Origin: Bigelowiella natans CCMP2755
Lineage: Eukaryota > Protista > Cercozoa
Direction: 5' to 3'
Assembly: GCA_000320545.1 (NCBI GenBank)
Contig: ADNK01003167.1
Coordinates: 37,194-101,193, forward strand
DNA: 64,000 nucleotides
The notes beneath the pieces are model-generated. The model saw only the letters and a program-made list of their open reading frames with translations. It ran no database searches and was not told the DNA's origin. The position numbers and the translations under genes are program-made. This document shows positions 47,247 to 61,105 of the stretch, in pieces (positions within the stretch are counted from its first letter, which is position 1; each line of letters starts with the position of its first letter).

Positions 47247-47278
<32 letters not shown>

Positions 47279-47448
47279 CTTTGTGTTGATTAATATTTCC
47301 TACCGACACTTGCAAAGTTACGACCGACAAACACAATATAACCAGCACCAACCTATGAAGCAAAGCATTGTACGTATTTATGTGTGGTGTTATTATCTAT
47401 GTATAATAACATCATATGTGGTGTGGAGATTATAGATGATTTTTCAGA

Positions 47449-47491
<43 letters not shown>

Positions 47492-47810
47492 CTGCATCAT
47501 TCTTCCTCACCAGAATTTCCAACATGACGATATTGATACTTCCAATGAGACGCCCAGTAAAACCAAGAGCAGTCTAGGCATCATCGAAGGAAGAGAGGAG
47601 AAAAAGAAGAAGAAGAAGAAGAAAAAGGCTAAGACCAAACAACATTGCAGCAGCAGCAGCACAACTAATTATTTATTTGTTAATTATGTTTCTTTTAGGT
47701 AGCGACGAACTAGTGTCTTATATAGACTGACGATCTATTTACAGGGTGGTGGTGGTGGTGTCTAATATACACCATAATGGAATCTTATTAACTAACTCAT
47801 TGGAAAATAT

Positions 47811-47868
<58 letters not shown>

Positions 47869-48501
47869 CAATATATATATTTGTATATGTATTACTGCTG
47901 CTGCTGCTACTACCAATTCTACTACTACTACTACTACTACTACTACCACTGTTTCAATACTAGATAAAATACACTTTTCTTCTCATCTCCCTTCCCATCC
48001 TACCCTCACCTTCTCCTGGCATTACTGCTACTACTTCTAATTATGCTACCTCACAAAGTTGATCATAAGTAGCGATATTCGGCCGCATGCTTTGAATAAA
48101 GAGTGAATAAGGAGTTATGATGATGATAATGATGATGATGCCTATAACAATAATGAGACAGTAAGAAAATACAGTACATTCCTTTGATCATCATTCTCAT
48201 TATCAGTATCATCGTTATCATCATTATGACTTGCATCAACGACGTACATACATACTAGAAGCATTCCGATATAAGCCACATACTATATGTGGAGTATACT
48301 CCAATCTGATGATGATGATGGTAGGAGGAGGAGGAGGAGGTAATAAAATAGGAAAGAGAATGAGGATATATGTGGAGTATACTCCAATCTGATGATGATG
48401 ATGGTGATAGTAGAAGGAGGTAATAAAATAGGAAAGAGAATGGGGATAGGGAGGTGGAGGAGGTGAAGGAGTAGGAGGAGGGGATTAGATTGAGAAGGGG
48501 G

Positions 48502-48544
<43 letters not shown>

Positions 48545-49420
48545 TAAACATTAGCGGTTCGTATTTTTTTGGGTATGTATGAGAGGAGATAAACATTAGC
48601 GGTTCGTATTTTTTTGGGTATGTATTTGTTGATGTAGGCTAGCATTTGTATCCTTGTGTGTATTATTAAGTGGGTCTAGGGTGTGCGGGCATTGTTGTCT
48701 GCATGCATGTTTTTATCTACTATATCTATTACCATAGCAAAAGAGATCATGCCTGGAATGATGCCCGCGACAGATATAGCATAAGGAAGCTGAAATGGAT
48801 AGCATAGTATACATAAATAAGATGCTACGCAGGTTAAAGCATATATAACAGCAAAATAACTCACATTATCACTAGAACAACTTAACAACAGCAACAAGTT
48901 GTTATTTCAAGTCTTACCGTTACTACCACCACCACCATCATCACCAGTACTACCAACGCTACTTTCAACGCTACTACCGTCAAAACGCCAGTGCCTACAA
49001 TACTTTTGATAGTGTTGACCATAGTTGTGTACTCTGTACCCTCCCTCTGTTACAAGAGGAAGAAGAAGAAGAAGAAGAAGAAGACAACAATCGCCATCAA
49101 TAAATTTCTACATCGATAATTGTGTGTGTTTTATATAACTATGCTCTACCCTAACGATTGTTACTATAGCAGCAACATCAGGGGATAGTGTTTTGGTTGA
49201 GAACATAAAATAGCGATCAACACATGTTGTAATTACAGATTCGCTTCTACTATCCTCTCCTTCTAGCCACCACCCTCTTCTTCTTGATAAAGAAATAAGA
49301 AATATATTTAAATATACGGAAAGGTCGAGAGAAATGGGGTGGGGGCTTACTACTCACAGCAGGGAGCTTGGCAGTATCAAACTGTCCAATAAGGTGTTGA
49401 TCTTCACGTTTTGAACTCAT
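43224..49420 (-). CDS. Amino-acid/auxin permease (AAAP, Aa_trans; SLC36/AVT3-like) transporter; last exon uncertain
   Basis: ATG 49420. Exons give NTIKSIVGTGVLT|LPYAISVAGII, GYIVFVGRNF, FMGSTVFMFSGHAEVVAI, FGLVVYISFG, LFSIPVKLWPAFEVL and VPDFAFLVAFCGSFC..VGLVLPPLM. Confidence 0.88.
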
Positions 49421-49869
49421 GATCGATTCTTCGACTCAAGCAGCAATCTCACTGTTTGCTCTACTTCTGCAATTACAAAACTCCAAATGAGACCGTCATT
49501 GAAACGGAGAATCGCTTCGTAGTACTTATACCTGGTGTTGTGCCACTGGGGGGGGGGTGTCCCTCTAGACACGTCGACAGTCACTGGGAAATAAGATTGG
49601 AATTGCGATCTATGAAGTCATCATTATGACAAAGAATGTCACATTACGTTTGTCATGTCTGTCTTAAGAATGATTTAGCATGCATTTTGTTGAAAATCGA
49701 AGTCGTTGTTCGGTTTCTGAACATCTCAAAAATTAGGTTCCGAGAGGTCCCGTTCTAGCCTCCGTGATTTGGTCTTTATCCACTCCATGTCCACTCACAT
49801 TCATGTCAAGCATGTGAGCATCATTTGTTCATCGTGTTGAATGTCAAACCGTCATCGATGTTTTAAAGT

Positions 49870-50720
49870 TTCATTCATTCATTCAATGAAGGCGTTTCCT
49901 TCTTTCTTTCTCTCTTTCTTTCCTGCTACATGACCCTTTCTTTCATTTTTTCCTTGCACTCTTTTTTTCAGGGCAAGTCCCCTCCAGGAATTGATTCGCT
50001 GATTATGAACTGTTTGAAACTTCACTGATTCAATCACAGGAGGTTGAGCTTTGCCACGCTGCGCCACCGTTGAGTGTGCATTGAACATGCGCTGACTCAC
50101 CACACCCTCTAGCCCCCCTCAACCCAAGTCTGCTACACCAGCGACTCTGGCACCGAGCGAACGAGCTGAGTGATTTCACTGATTTCACTTGGGCTGGCTG
50201 AAAAAACCACAGCACACACCAACACCCAACTCATCCGTGCCCTCCCCAATCGACCAGAACGCCATGGAAAATTGAGGGTTTTGTGCACGCATCGCACTGC
50301 CAGTGAGTGAAACAAACGCCATTGTTGAAACGCGTTGATTTCAATTCAACACTCAGCACGATGGACAACCATAGCAATGACGTGCTGAACGCGAAAGAAA
50401 GGGTGCGTGGTGACTCGTCCATGCTAGCATGCCCTCGTCAAACATTGCTGCATTGGACCTGCATGAGTGAACGAACAATTGCATCGGCGGCTGTGATCCC
50501 ACAGATCGACTTTTGTTTGATCATTCGTGTCCGTGCTGGCGTGGTTCGTGGCCACGCTAGCACGTGCAGCAGCACCGAGGCCTGCACGTGCTGGCTGGCG
50601 GACTGGGCTGGCCGCTGTCGTGGTGCGTGGAGTAAAACGATGTTGTGTCGGCGTTTTCGCATCACATTGGACCTGCAGGTCCGCCTAAAACGAAGATTGC
50701 TAGATTGGGCGTCGTGCGCA
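49870..50720. other. TpA-depleted intergenic island
   Basis: About 10 TpA in ~850 bp, 4 of them in CTAG. TG/CA and CG rich, with no microsatellites. Confidence 0.85.
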
Positions 50721-50810
50721 TTCGATTCACTTTTAATGCAGAAGCCCCATGTGCCACACGAAGTTTCAAGGTAGCGCGATCTGTGCAATTTTTATTGCGC
50801 ACAACTATAG
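50300..50810 (+). mobile_element. Decayed Ty1/Copia-like RT-end/RNase H remnant
   Basis: ADWAG (50598-50612; SDADWAG-like), then LLDWAS (ISW.S-like, ~50697) and, after a frameshift, TFNAEA (ST.EAE-like, ~50730), in the expected order. Confidence 0.55.
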
Positions 50811-51199
50811 GCAAAGTCAGTTGTAGTGCTGTTCATATGTTTCCTGACAACATCGCACTCCGTCGCGTTTCAGGTTGGTGTTCTCACGCACCATGCACGT
50901 TGTGCACTCGCGCATCAGACTAGCGCGCGTAAGCACAACGTATTGATATCACACATATCATGATGCGATGCACACGCATTACGAAATATGCATAATTTGT
51001 GTTCTGTATAGTAAACTTTGAGCTCGCACAACCATTGTTCGTAGACCATCCTTTCCCACATCGAACGATTTAAATCGTCCGACGCTATGCTCATTCTCTC
51101 GAGCCGTCAGTTTCTTTTCACCACGCCGCTTTACATTTGTTTCCCTGGTTTTCATTTAAATTACATCCCGGGTTTCCACCCTTGCCTTCACAACTAATA

Positions 51200-51350
51200 T
51201 TTGGATGCCTATATATGATAGGATGTTCATTGGATCAGACTGAACGTCACATGAGAATTTATCGAAACTTGTTCTATTCCATCAGACTGCACATTGTCTG
51301 CGAATGCTCAGCAGGCTAGCTGGGAACGCCAATGGGTTCTTAGGCTTAGC
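51200..51350 (+). mobile_element. Possible Penelope-like RT fragment (degenerate)
   Basis: One frame reads NLFYSI...*LGTPMGS*A*P, resembling N.F.F....Q..G.PMGSP.SP. No clear YVDD was found downstream. Confidence 0.25.
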
Positions 51351-52829
51351 CAACCAGCTCAGACATCCAAGGAAGATTCAGTCATCATTTGGAATATTAC
51401 TGATGCTAGATGCTATTTAATCTATGCAGTAAACAAACTAGCATCTATGTGTTGTTGTCGTCGTCATCATTTGCATGTTTTAGATTGGGATGCTGTCGCA
51501 ACCCTTTCCACTGAGATGTACCACGGAATGGATACACACAAGGATAATAAGCTGTCTTTAGTTTCGGCCCTTGAACCGGACAACACGCATTAGACAGCGT
51601 GGTGCCAAAGTAAAGGCCGCTCATGATGATACTCAAATCGACTACGAAAAATTCAAACCACCTTAATAATTCCATTTTCAGATTCATTTTCCGACTCCAT
51701 AATCATATCTTTTAAAGTCGAATCTAGTATCCAACTTGGAGGGCTTTTCTATGTGACTGAATACAAAATTTTAACTAGTAAGATTAATAATTACCACAAG
51801 CTAGGCTAAAGTAAAGAAACAATGTCGAGTATTGTGTATGAAGAAAATATCGTTTCCTATGGTTTTTCCTCCGGATAATTGCCACAGAGTAGCTAGTCCC
51901 GTTGGATCAGGAATATAGCAACGAACGTGAAAAGGTGAGATCCAAAGTGCAAGCACCAGGTTCATCAAACCTACACCACGTTTTACTTTAGGGTTTTACA
52001 CAGGCTTCGGATTCACACCATTGACAAGGTGCCCGATTTGCTGTGACGAGCAGAGCATCAAACCTAGCAAGGGTTTGATGGATACCCAAACCCGAATAAT
52101 AATAATAATAACGATACTACTACTACTAATAATAATCTAGAGAACAGCTACTCTAATAAACATTGATTAATATATGATCCTACTAAGATAAATTTTTGTC
52201 TCAGACGCATAATGAAACTGGTGTTGCTATCATTGGGTTGTGATCCCTCCAAAGGAAGGCAACAGTGATGCTCATCATCGACAAAAAAATGTTTGTGGTA
52301 TATGAAGTGTTACCTTATTCAAGTCGATATGCTGTTCAACTTCACATTTCTGTTATATAATTAAGGAGGGAGAAGAGAGCGATTTTTGATGTTCGCCACG
52401 CCCACGGGTTCCGCTGCCTTCATGATTTGTAAGAACTTACGGAGAATTTATCACGGAGAATTAAAAAAAAATATTCAAATCGGATATTGCTATAAAAATG
52501 AGGCTATTTCTTGTGCTGAATCGTTGTTAGAAACAGGGATTTTTGGGTTTAGGCACACATGCGATCTCTTAGGTTTACCAACATACGACATGAAAAATAT
52601 GCATTAATCTCAAGCAATACACTTTTTAATCCCCTTTCATAGTTTTTTAGTATATTTTTATGTCGCTAAGTGAAATTGCCATGCTAAGGAGGGTATCGGA
52701 ACAATACACCGGAATCTGTCGTATCATCATTCCAAGCGATACTCTACTTGAAGGGAGCAGGGGGGGAACACAACACATTACATCTGTTCAAATAAATAGC
52801 AAAATCGTGACGTCTCAGACGCAATAAGG

Positions 52830-53721
52830 ATGGACAGCACTAACGAAGGTCGAAAAGTTGTTTCTGAATTGTTGGAATTCATCATCAGTAAGTTCCATCA
52901 TCATCATGTTAATCTCAGCGTTACTAAATCGGTATGAGGAAAAGGATGAAGGAGACGCCACCCCTCAAATAAATGATGATGAAGCCACGGAAGAAGAAGA
53001 GTACAAGATGTATTCAGTACGTACTTAACAATAATATCCTTAACTATCGCTATATTTATCCAGTACTCCTCATTGCATTGTGTCATCAGCATCATCATCA
53101 TAACATCATCGACGATGTGTTGTTGCAGAGTCGTTGGATTGCACTCGCGGTTTATGCTCTTGGTTCTTTGGCAAATGCGATGATATGGATTTCATTTGCA
53201 CCGATTGCTACAGTTGTATCTCACACGTATAGTGTGAACAACACAGCAGTAAACATGCTCTCGGTAATGATTTGCACTACCATGCAGACAGATTTGTATG
53301 AAACCAAAATAATTAACGGATATGCCATTCTGTTATGGCTTCTGCGGTCTTTTTCCCAACGAATGTAGTTTCCCTATTATGCTTTTATATTAGTTTAAAT
53401 CATAGGTTATCTTTATGATACTCTATATTCCTGGGACTTACTTGGCTAGTTACCTATTCAAGAGATTTGGATTGAGGGGAACGATATTAGCCGCAAACAC
53501 ACTTAATGTCGCTGGATCAGTCTTGAGGTAGTAAGTACCATCGCTGATGATGACTGCTCGGTCATTTTGTATCAGGATACATAACAGCATAAATAAATTA
53601 TTACAACAACAACACTTTAGAAATTAAAGGACGATGAAAAGAGTTAAATGAGGATTTTGGGATATGATGATTAGCAATGCAGTGATCGATCACTCTCTAT
53701 TTTGGCTACTGTACAATGAGG

Positions 53722-53752
<31 letters not shown>

Positions 53753-56453
53753 CGCATTTCTCGCGCTACTACTACTACTACTACTACTACTACTATATAC
53801 ATGTAAGTACAACAATTCTTGATTTTCACTTGTCCCATCATTGTCGTATCCAGGTTTGCGTCAATAGTAGGTAGTAAAGATTCCAAAGCAAACAATGGAG
53901 GCTATGCTTTGCTACTGATAGGACAGGTCGGCTACACTAAGAAGATGAAGAAGAAGAAAAAGAGGAAGAAGCATAACGAGAAAGAGATGTAACGAACGTT
54001 ACATTATTACTACTATAATTTATCATTATTATTTATTATTATTATTATTCTGGTCACTGAAGAAAAAAGATCCTTTCCATATGCGGCGTCGTACTTTATG
54101 GGTTGCATTTTTAGGGTATGTGCGGTCTTGTTCAACCAATTTTTGTTAATGCAGCGGCGCTAATAGCGGCAACATGGTAATAAATAACGGAGTGGTAATG
54201 ATCGTAGTATATAAGTGGGAGGAGGAGGATGAAGGAGGAAGCAACTGGAGGAAGATACTTTTATAATCCAAGTTCACTGTGCTACTGCTACTTCCTTCTG
54301 CATGAAAGAGATTCTTGATTATTGTATTCTACAAACAATTCTTCTTCTTTGATTCCTTAGAATTCTAATTGGTCTATATTGAAAGAATTATTGACACGGA
54401 TCTCATCAATACTTACAACGACGATGATGATAATGATGATAATGATGATGCAGGTTCGCATTGGAACAGAGAGACTTAGCAACCGTCATTGCTTCTATGG
54501 CAAATCCTATTGGAACGGTAGTGCATAATGATAGTAATATTGTTTAAATACATATATGAATAAATTTCATAAATTCACAAAATAATATTACGCTATTTTA
54601 CGTAAGTGTATTTAATAAGAATCCTTCCTCATTTCTCTGTCTATTAGAGGAGACGATAGAAAAATAGGAAGAAAGTCAATATAGGTTTTAAGGACTCCGT
54701 CATCACTCATCTTCTCATCATGGTGATAACAATTTATTTATTCAGGGTGTTGGCCAAATTTTACCTGCTATGCTCGTCAATGAGGAAGGTGATATAATCA
54801 CTTGATCCTGGCAAAAAATCAACTTTCAGCTACTGCAACGAATACTCTCTAAACCTACCCGTTCTTTCTGTTTCTGCCTTTTTCTCAAGGATCGGGAATG
54901 AGTTCCCTGCTACTTATTCAGTTCGCAATTTCTGGTAAAAATGCAACGGTGGAGGGCTGGGCTGATGATGATGAGGATAATGACATTAATAATCTGCTAC
55001 AATTATGATGAAATTCAAAACATATTTTTCGTGATATATTTTTTTTTTGGTGGAAAATATGGTTTATTTCTTTCAGAGACGAGATATCTTAATATACACA
55101 TTAAATAACGTAGAATGGAAAATTAAAATGATGAAAACAAATTCCACCCGAGTAAAATGTTTCAATTTTTCTCTTTTTCTCCAGGATAAGCAGATCCTCA
55201 TTTTAATAAACCTTGAATATAAATCTATCATTTCTCCTAATTCTTCCTTGTTTGCCAGGATCAATCTTATTACTCGCATATTTTTTGTTCCTGGATAAGC
55301 CTCCAACTCCTCCTTCCTACACCGAAACTTTAAGGTACAACATGGCAATTATGTTTATTCTGTTGTAAGTTTCGAAATAGAGAGAGGCGAGAGAAAAAGA
55401 AGGGTCGACGTAACAGGTGTTTTCTGCTGTATGAAATGGAACAATTTCCCGCCTATATGCTGCGATCGATAGCAGCAACATATTTGCTAAATCAATTTCA
55501 TTTATAAAGGTGGAATTCACTAGTTGCATATGTAGTTTCGGGATAACACTTCCATGTATTTATACCCTAATTGTACTCCTCAAGATATTCTCATCGCATT
55601 TCGGATCAAAGTGAAATTATTCAAGGTGCTATGTCTCGATATGAAATCATGTTTAATGATTGGGAAGATGGAAAGATAGCGTATTTTTTTATACATGTTA
55701 GATCGACACTTTTGACTGAGAAATATCCCCACTGATAAAATTAGATGGAGGACCTTTCTCCTGGCACCAGATTTCTTCACTTCTTAAAAACAGGTGAGGA
55801 AAAATTAATTCCTTTTTGAGATTGATTTTTATTGGAGAAATTGGGTGGGCATTTCATCATTGTCCCCACTTTAGGGAATGGTCGTGGAAAGACAATTTCA
55901 ATTTATGTTAATATTAATTGGTTGATGCTATAATAATCACAGAAACTTCATCAAATTGGCCTTCGGTTTTTCTATAGGTAAAGCCACCATCCAAAAATTG
56001 AATAGTTCCTGCAAAAATGATTAGAATTCATTTACAAAATGAATACTTGGAACGAACTTTGGCGGAGAGAAGTGCCTTCATTCATTCTTGTTGTATTCCC
56101 TTTTGTAAGTATTCCAATATTGCAAATCCATTTAGGACTCGCTTATTTCAACTCTTTGGCGACAGTTCTTGGACAGCAAGTCAATATTCTGGGGTAGTTA
56201 CAAAAGGATAGTGCATGGAATTCAGTTGTGTATTATTGATAGTATAATATTTCAAGCTCTAAGAGGGCAAGAATGAGAGAGTTTGTACTGGTGATAGTGA
56301 CGAAGTTCATATTATGTCGTGGAACTATACACAATATTTTTTCCCTTATCTCGATCTCCCGCTATTTTTCCCCTCTATTGTCTCTATATTTACGTGATGA
56401 CGACAAAATAACGACAGAATTTACATAATGTTAATATTTCATTCAACACCTTG

Positions 56454-56489
<36 letters not shown>

Positions 56490-57275
56490 ATTTCTCTCGT
56501 TCTTTGTCATTTATTATTTATTTGTTTAAGTAATAATAAAATATTATCAGATACACCGATAATGATGCAGGAATTTTCGGAGCTCTGGTCTATATAATTA
56601 TATCCATTCTAAATCATGTATCTGAGTATTTATAGCATTACTTTGATCGAGATATTGTGTAAAAGAAAGATCGATTTAACTACAGCATTATGTATATGTT
56701 TTTTGTATGGAAATAATATTAGATCCTCGGATTTGGTTTAATTGGGTGTGCTATTGTTGGTCCGATTATGGATGCAACTCATAGGTCAGTTTAGCGATGG
56801 TATTAGTCAGTAGTATGAGCTGAAAGTTGTTGTGAATATACGTAATCATCAAAATAAATATATGTAATCTTCAAAATAAAAAAGAGCCTTTAGGTACTAC
56901 TCGGAAAGCAAAAGGAGTTTGAATTTGTATTAATATTTTATTATAGTATTCTTCTCTTTCTATATTGTTCTGAAGTTATATATTGAGAAGATATGATAAG
57001 CTTTTTTTACACTAGGATGTTCTGTTTTCATTACAATTATTAATACATCCACTTTGGACAGATACAAAACCATTTTAAAGACCTTCAGCGTCATGACCTT
57101 CGTTACGGTAAATTATTTATTTTTTCCTAAAATTTCATACACTGCAGTAATGACAAAAATCATTTGCATGTAATAAAAGAATAATTTTTGCTAGGTCCTT
57201 GCGTTATGTGGATCTTTAAGGCCTAATAATCATGTGGCACTTCTTATCATCTTTTCTGTCCTTGTAATGCACACA

Positions 57276-57326
<51 letters not shown>

Positions 57327-58306
57327 GTACACAAATTGCAGATACTAAATTCTTAAACATATCATATTTTTCTAATATTTTGAGTGGATTAAGAGCAACC
57401 AAGTAGTAGATGTAACATAATAAATTTTTTGGTTTTACAAAAATTAGAATTGAAATGAGATACTGTTGAAATTATTTTGAAATTCAATATTTTCTTATAA
57501 TTGGGAATCATATGAAATTCAAATAACAATACATTTTATTAGGGATTTTTTGTGTTGCCTCTTTTGCCTCTATCGTTTGAGTGCATGGTTGAATGTACAT
57601 ATCCTGTTTCTGAAGAGGTAGTAAGTAGTAGTTAGTAGTAGTAGTAGTAGTAGCAGTAGTATTCAATTTAATAGTATTTATGTTGTTAATATTTGCTATT
57701 GTGAATTTACAGTTGAATAAATTTCAATGGGTTTTTCTTGCCTTCTGATAGGTTACAAATGGTATTATGCTTTCAATGGGCAATATTTTAAGTATTGGAA
57801 TCACTTTCGCTTGGCAGGTTGCAAAAATTCGGGTTGGATGTACAATGAAAAAGTAACATCCTATTATTTTTTCCAAAAAATAACCTACTCTCTGAATATT
57901 CTAGTCTCTTATCGAAAAAACCTCAAGTTACAGAGGAGTCTACGTTTCTTACAATTTTCTGCAGGTATTAATAAGAAATTATGAAATGAATCTCATTTTA
58001 AAGTTATTTTTGGAGAATCGTTTAGATTTGTCAAGAAATGAGTGAAAATTTTAGTATCTTTCACGTTCCAAAATTTTATATAGATCCACATTAAGTCTAT
58101 GTAGAGGATGATGATATTATTATTTTTACTGATCAGGTTGGAATCTTCGTAGTATGTGGGTTTTTCATCTTGTCTTTCAACGGCAACTATAATCGTTTAA
58201 ACGCTGAGAAGGTATGTCAGTTACTTCCACACACACACATTCACATTCATATATACCATTTCACACTTTCACACATACATTTTCACACTTCACGCAATAT
58301 GATGTA

Positions 58307-58399
<93 letters not shown>

Positions 58400-58492
58400 T
58401 ATACAATTAGCATTGCATCTACTCTTGCTTCTAGCATAGATGCACAAATATTTACTAACCTGAAGATAAAAATAGTACAAATACATAAAATT

Positions 58493-58528
<36 letters not shown>

Positions 58529-58677
58529 CGTGAATATAGAGATTTACCATATTGCATCATTTTACGTATATTTAGGCTTACAGAGAAGTAAGTGACAGAA
58601 ATAGGACAGATAAATCGAAAAATCCAACTATCATTGCTAAGCTATCATCAAATAGTGAAAAGATTCAAAAAGCTTAA
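52830..58677 (+). CDS. MFS transporter, SLC49 (FLVCR/MFSD7/DIRC2) family
   Basis: YKMYS|RWIAL..LANAMIWISFAPI, VNMLS|VIFMILYIPG, FGLR, LLLIGQ, IAATW|F..EQRDLAT, ANPIG, ECMVECTYPVSE and FNGNYNRL. Stop TAA 58675-58677. Confidence 0.9.
58310..58396. repeat. Long (TA)n microsatellite in an intron; representative of hundreds of (TA)n, (CA)n, (GA)n, (TAC)n, (CAT)n, (GAA)n tracts in genic DNA
   Basis: About 43 TA units seen directly. Confidence 0.98.
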
Positions 58678-59205
58678 CGTGGATCACCGGTCAATGGCAT
58701 GGTTGCAACATAGGATTAGGAAAAGAAAAAAGGAGAATTGTTTGAAAGCATCTAATATGTAGTTCCAATTTATTGTCAATGAAATACTGTATCACAAAAT
58801 AACATTTTTGCTGCGCTAAATTTGATGAAAGCAAGTTATAATGAAGAAAACTGTTCACGGAATCTATATTACTGTTACATATTCATAAAATGCATATTAA
58901 AGTATCACAATAGCTATTTCATAAGCGCTCTACTTACAAAAGGGAGTTCTATTATTTTTGATATTATATCTATTTTAGGATGAAATATGTATATGTGATT
59001 CATGCGTATTAAAACACGGTGACATATTAATGAAATTGCTCATGCCACGCCTATTGTATGCACACTGATAGTGGTGCAGATCCAGGTCTATGTGATTATG
59101 CAGACCCATCACACGTCGCGCCACCTAAAATATTGATAAGCTTTGATATCGCGTACAAAGAGGCATATCGTAAAATCCTCATTATGAGTTTTGATATATA
59201 ATATG

Positions 59206-59245
<40 letters not shown>

Positions 59246-59757
59246 ATGACGAGACCACGCGTCTCACAACCGCAGAGAAAACAAGTCGAGAAGCTGCGCG
59301 CAAAGCGCGCCATGCTAGACCAAAACAGGATGCATTTTCATGCATGCGCCATGTGACCGCAAGGAAACAAATAGATACAATTTAAGCGCTGTAGCCGCTG
59401 CATTGCACAGCTACATTAGGATGACCATTGAAACAATTTAAACATTTCATTACATCCGTCTCATATATATATACATATAAGTATGCACACAGTACACACA
59501 TATTCATTGACATATACTAGCATTATGTGTTGCGTGTGTACATGCATGCATGCATCTGCCAATGTAACAGATTGCTGCATAGGAAACACTCTCGGCTTCT
59601 CGCTTGCAGCGGCATGGCCACGCGAGTAGCATTAACGCAAAATTATTACAGAAGACAAAAGTATCGAATAATAAATACAAATGCACATCATGCGTATATG
59701 CGCCATATCCAAATGCACCATCCCTATATTCAGTAGAGACTTATTACAAATTTCACA

Positions 59758-60732
59758 TTATTTATTGATTTTATTGGGAGTCACCATCTGATTTATGTCG
59801 CAAAAATTTATTGTCAGTCCTTCGCGTTTCGGCACATAGCGAAGATGTTCTACTTTTGCCATTTCTAAAAGTTTTCTTGACGCGATGAAAGCTGGTAAAT
59901 CATGATACTTGTCCGAAAGGTAATATACAGTTCGAATACCACTCTGGATTATAAGCTTGGCGCATTCATTGCATGGAAACAATCCAACGTACATTGTACA
60001 TCCTAGTGAGTAAATAAACATCAGAATCATGGCGAGAGAAACATCATATTCATAAAGTAGGTAACCTTTTAATGAGGAGCAGTTTTTGTTCATGATAGCG
60101 TTCATTTCCGCATGACAGACATAGGGCTGAATAGGCATAAATTCGTTTCATCGCATAAAAGATAAGAAACCATAGCAGCAGCAAATAGAGACCGGTTACA
60201 AACGACTAGACTGCACATTTTGAGAATAGGATGATATAAATTCCTATTTGTCCGATAATATATGTAAATGATGAAAAAACAATCATACTCTATGCATCAT
60301 ATATTGTGTTACGATGATCGTGTAGGCATGGTGGTATTTGTACTGTATGGTAAGATAATCTAAGAAGCATATGATGACAACTATATATCTTAATATTACA
60401 TATTTTGTGTTGAGTTCACAATCTGCTTTCCGAGACCAAGGAAGATGGTCATCATCACAACCAGTTGGAAATCCATTATATCCTATTCCAACAATCTTCC
60501 TTTCATCGTTCACAATACAAGCACCAACTTGTGTGGAAGGATCTTTTGACCGTTTTGCACTTAGCATTGCTACTGCCATGAAGTAGTCATCCCAAGAAAG
60601 GTAATTTTCACGCTTTGACGTAGTAGATGAGGACGACAAACATGATGAGGTATTTGCTTTAGGCTCTTTCACAGAATTGATAACTGGTAAGTCGCTATCA
60701 TCTTGTGTGCATGACTTTATTTCCGCTTTAAC
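59758..60732 (-). CDS. DCTD: dCMP deaminase (conserved core; upstream exons probably extend to ~61416)
   Basis: [46 protein letters not shown] and [16 protein letters not shown] (HAE/PCxxC zinc motifs). The exon begins at an AG acceptor (60733) with no ATG, so it has upstream exons. Confidence 0.95.
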
Positions 60733-60937
60733 CTAATAATATCGTAGCAGTAGTAAGTAGAGGAAACAAGCAGTTCTCTATCTTCCCCAGACTGAATAAT
60801 AATTATTACATCTCTTTCTTCTTCTTCTTCTTCTTTTTGAATGCAGAATTTTTACTCTTAACGATATTATTGGGCCCAGTTATTAAACAACAAACTACAA
60901 ACTGCTTATGCAGTATATATATGTTATTCGGCCCAGG

Positions 60938-61105
60938 TATATCTTAATTATACAACTACGTAAACTATGCAGTATGTATTTGTTATATCATAATTATACA
61001 ACTACGTAAACTATGCAGTATATACTTGGTATATCTTAATTATACAACTACGTAAACTATGCAGTATATACTTGTTATATCTTAATTATACAACTACGTA
61101 AACTA
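60938..61105. repeat. 46-bp minisatellite, ~3.6 copies
   Basis: TATATCTTAATTATACAACTACGTAAACTATGCAGTATATACTTGT at 60938, 60984, 61030 and 61076 (partial). Confidence 0.95.

Noticed and set aside
36700-48700. Many 60-150-aa ORFs made of poly-Y/I/H/T/C/V/S runs
   Set aside because: These are translations of intronic microsatellites. The real coding sequence is in short exons.
59758-60732. dCMP deaminase as the enzyme behind the hypermutation
   Set aside because: It is an ordinary nucleotide-pool DCTD acting on cytosine nucleotides. Nothing links it to A-to-G changes, and its proximity is coincidental.
60938-61105. CRISPR-like array
   Set aside because: The units are contiguous with no unique spacers, the context is eukaryotic, and there are no cas genes.
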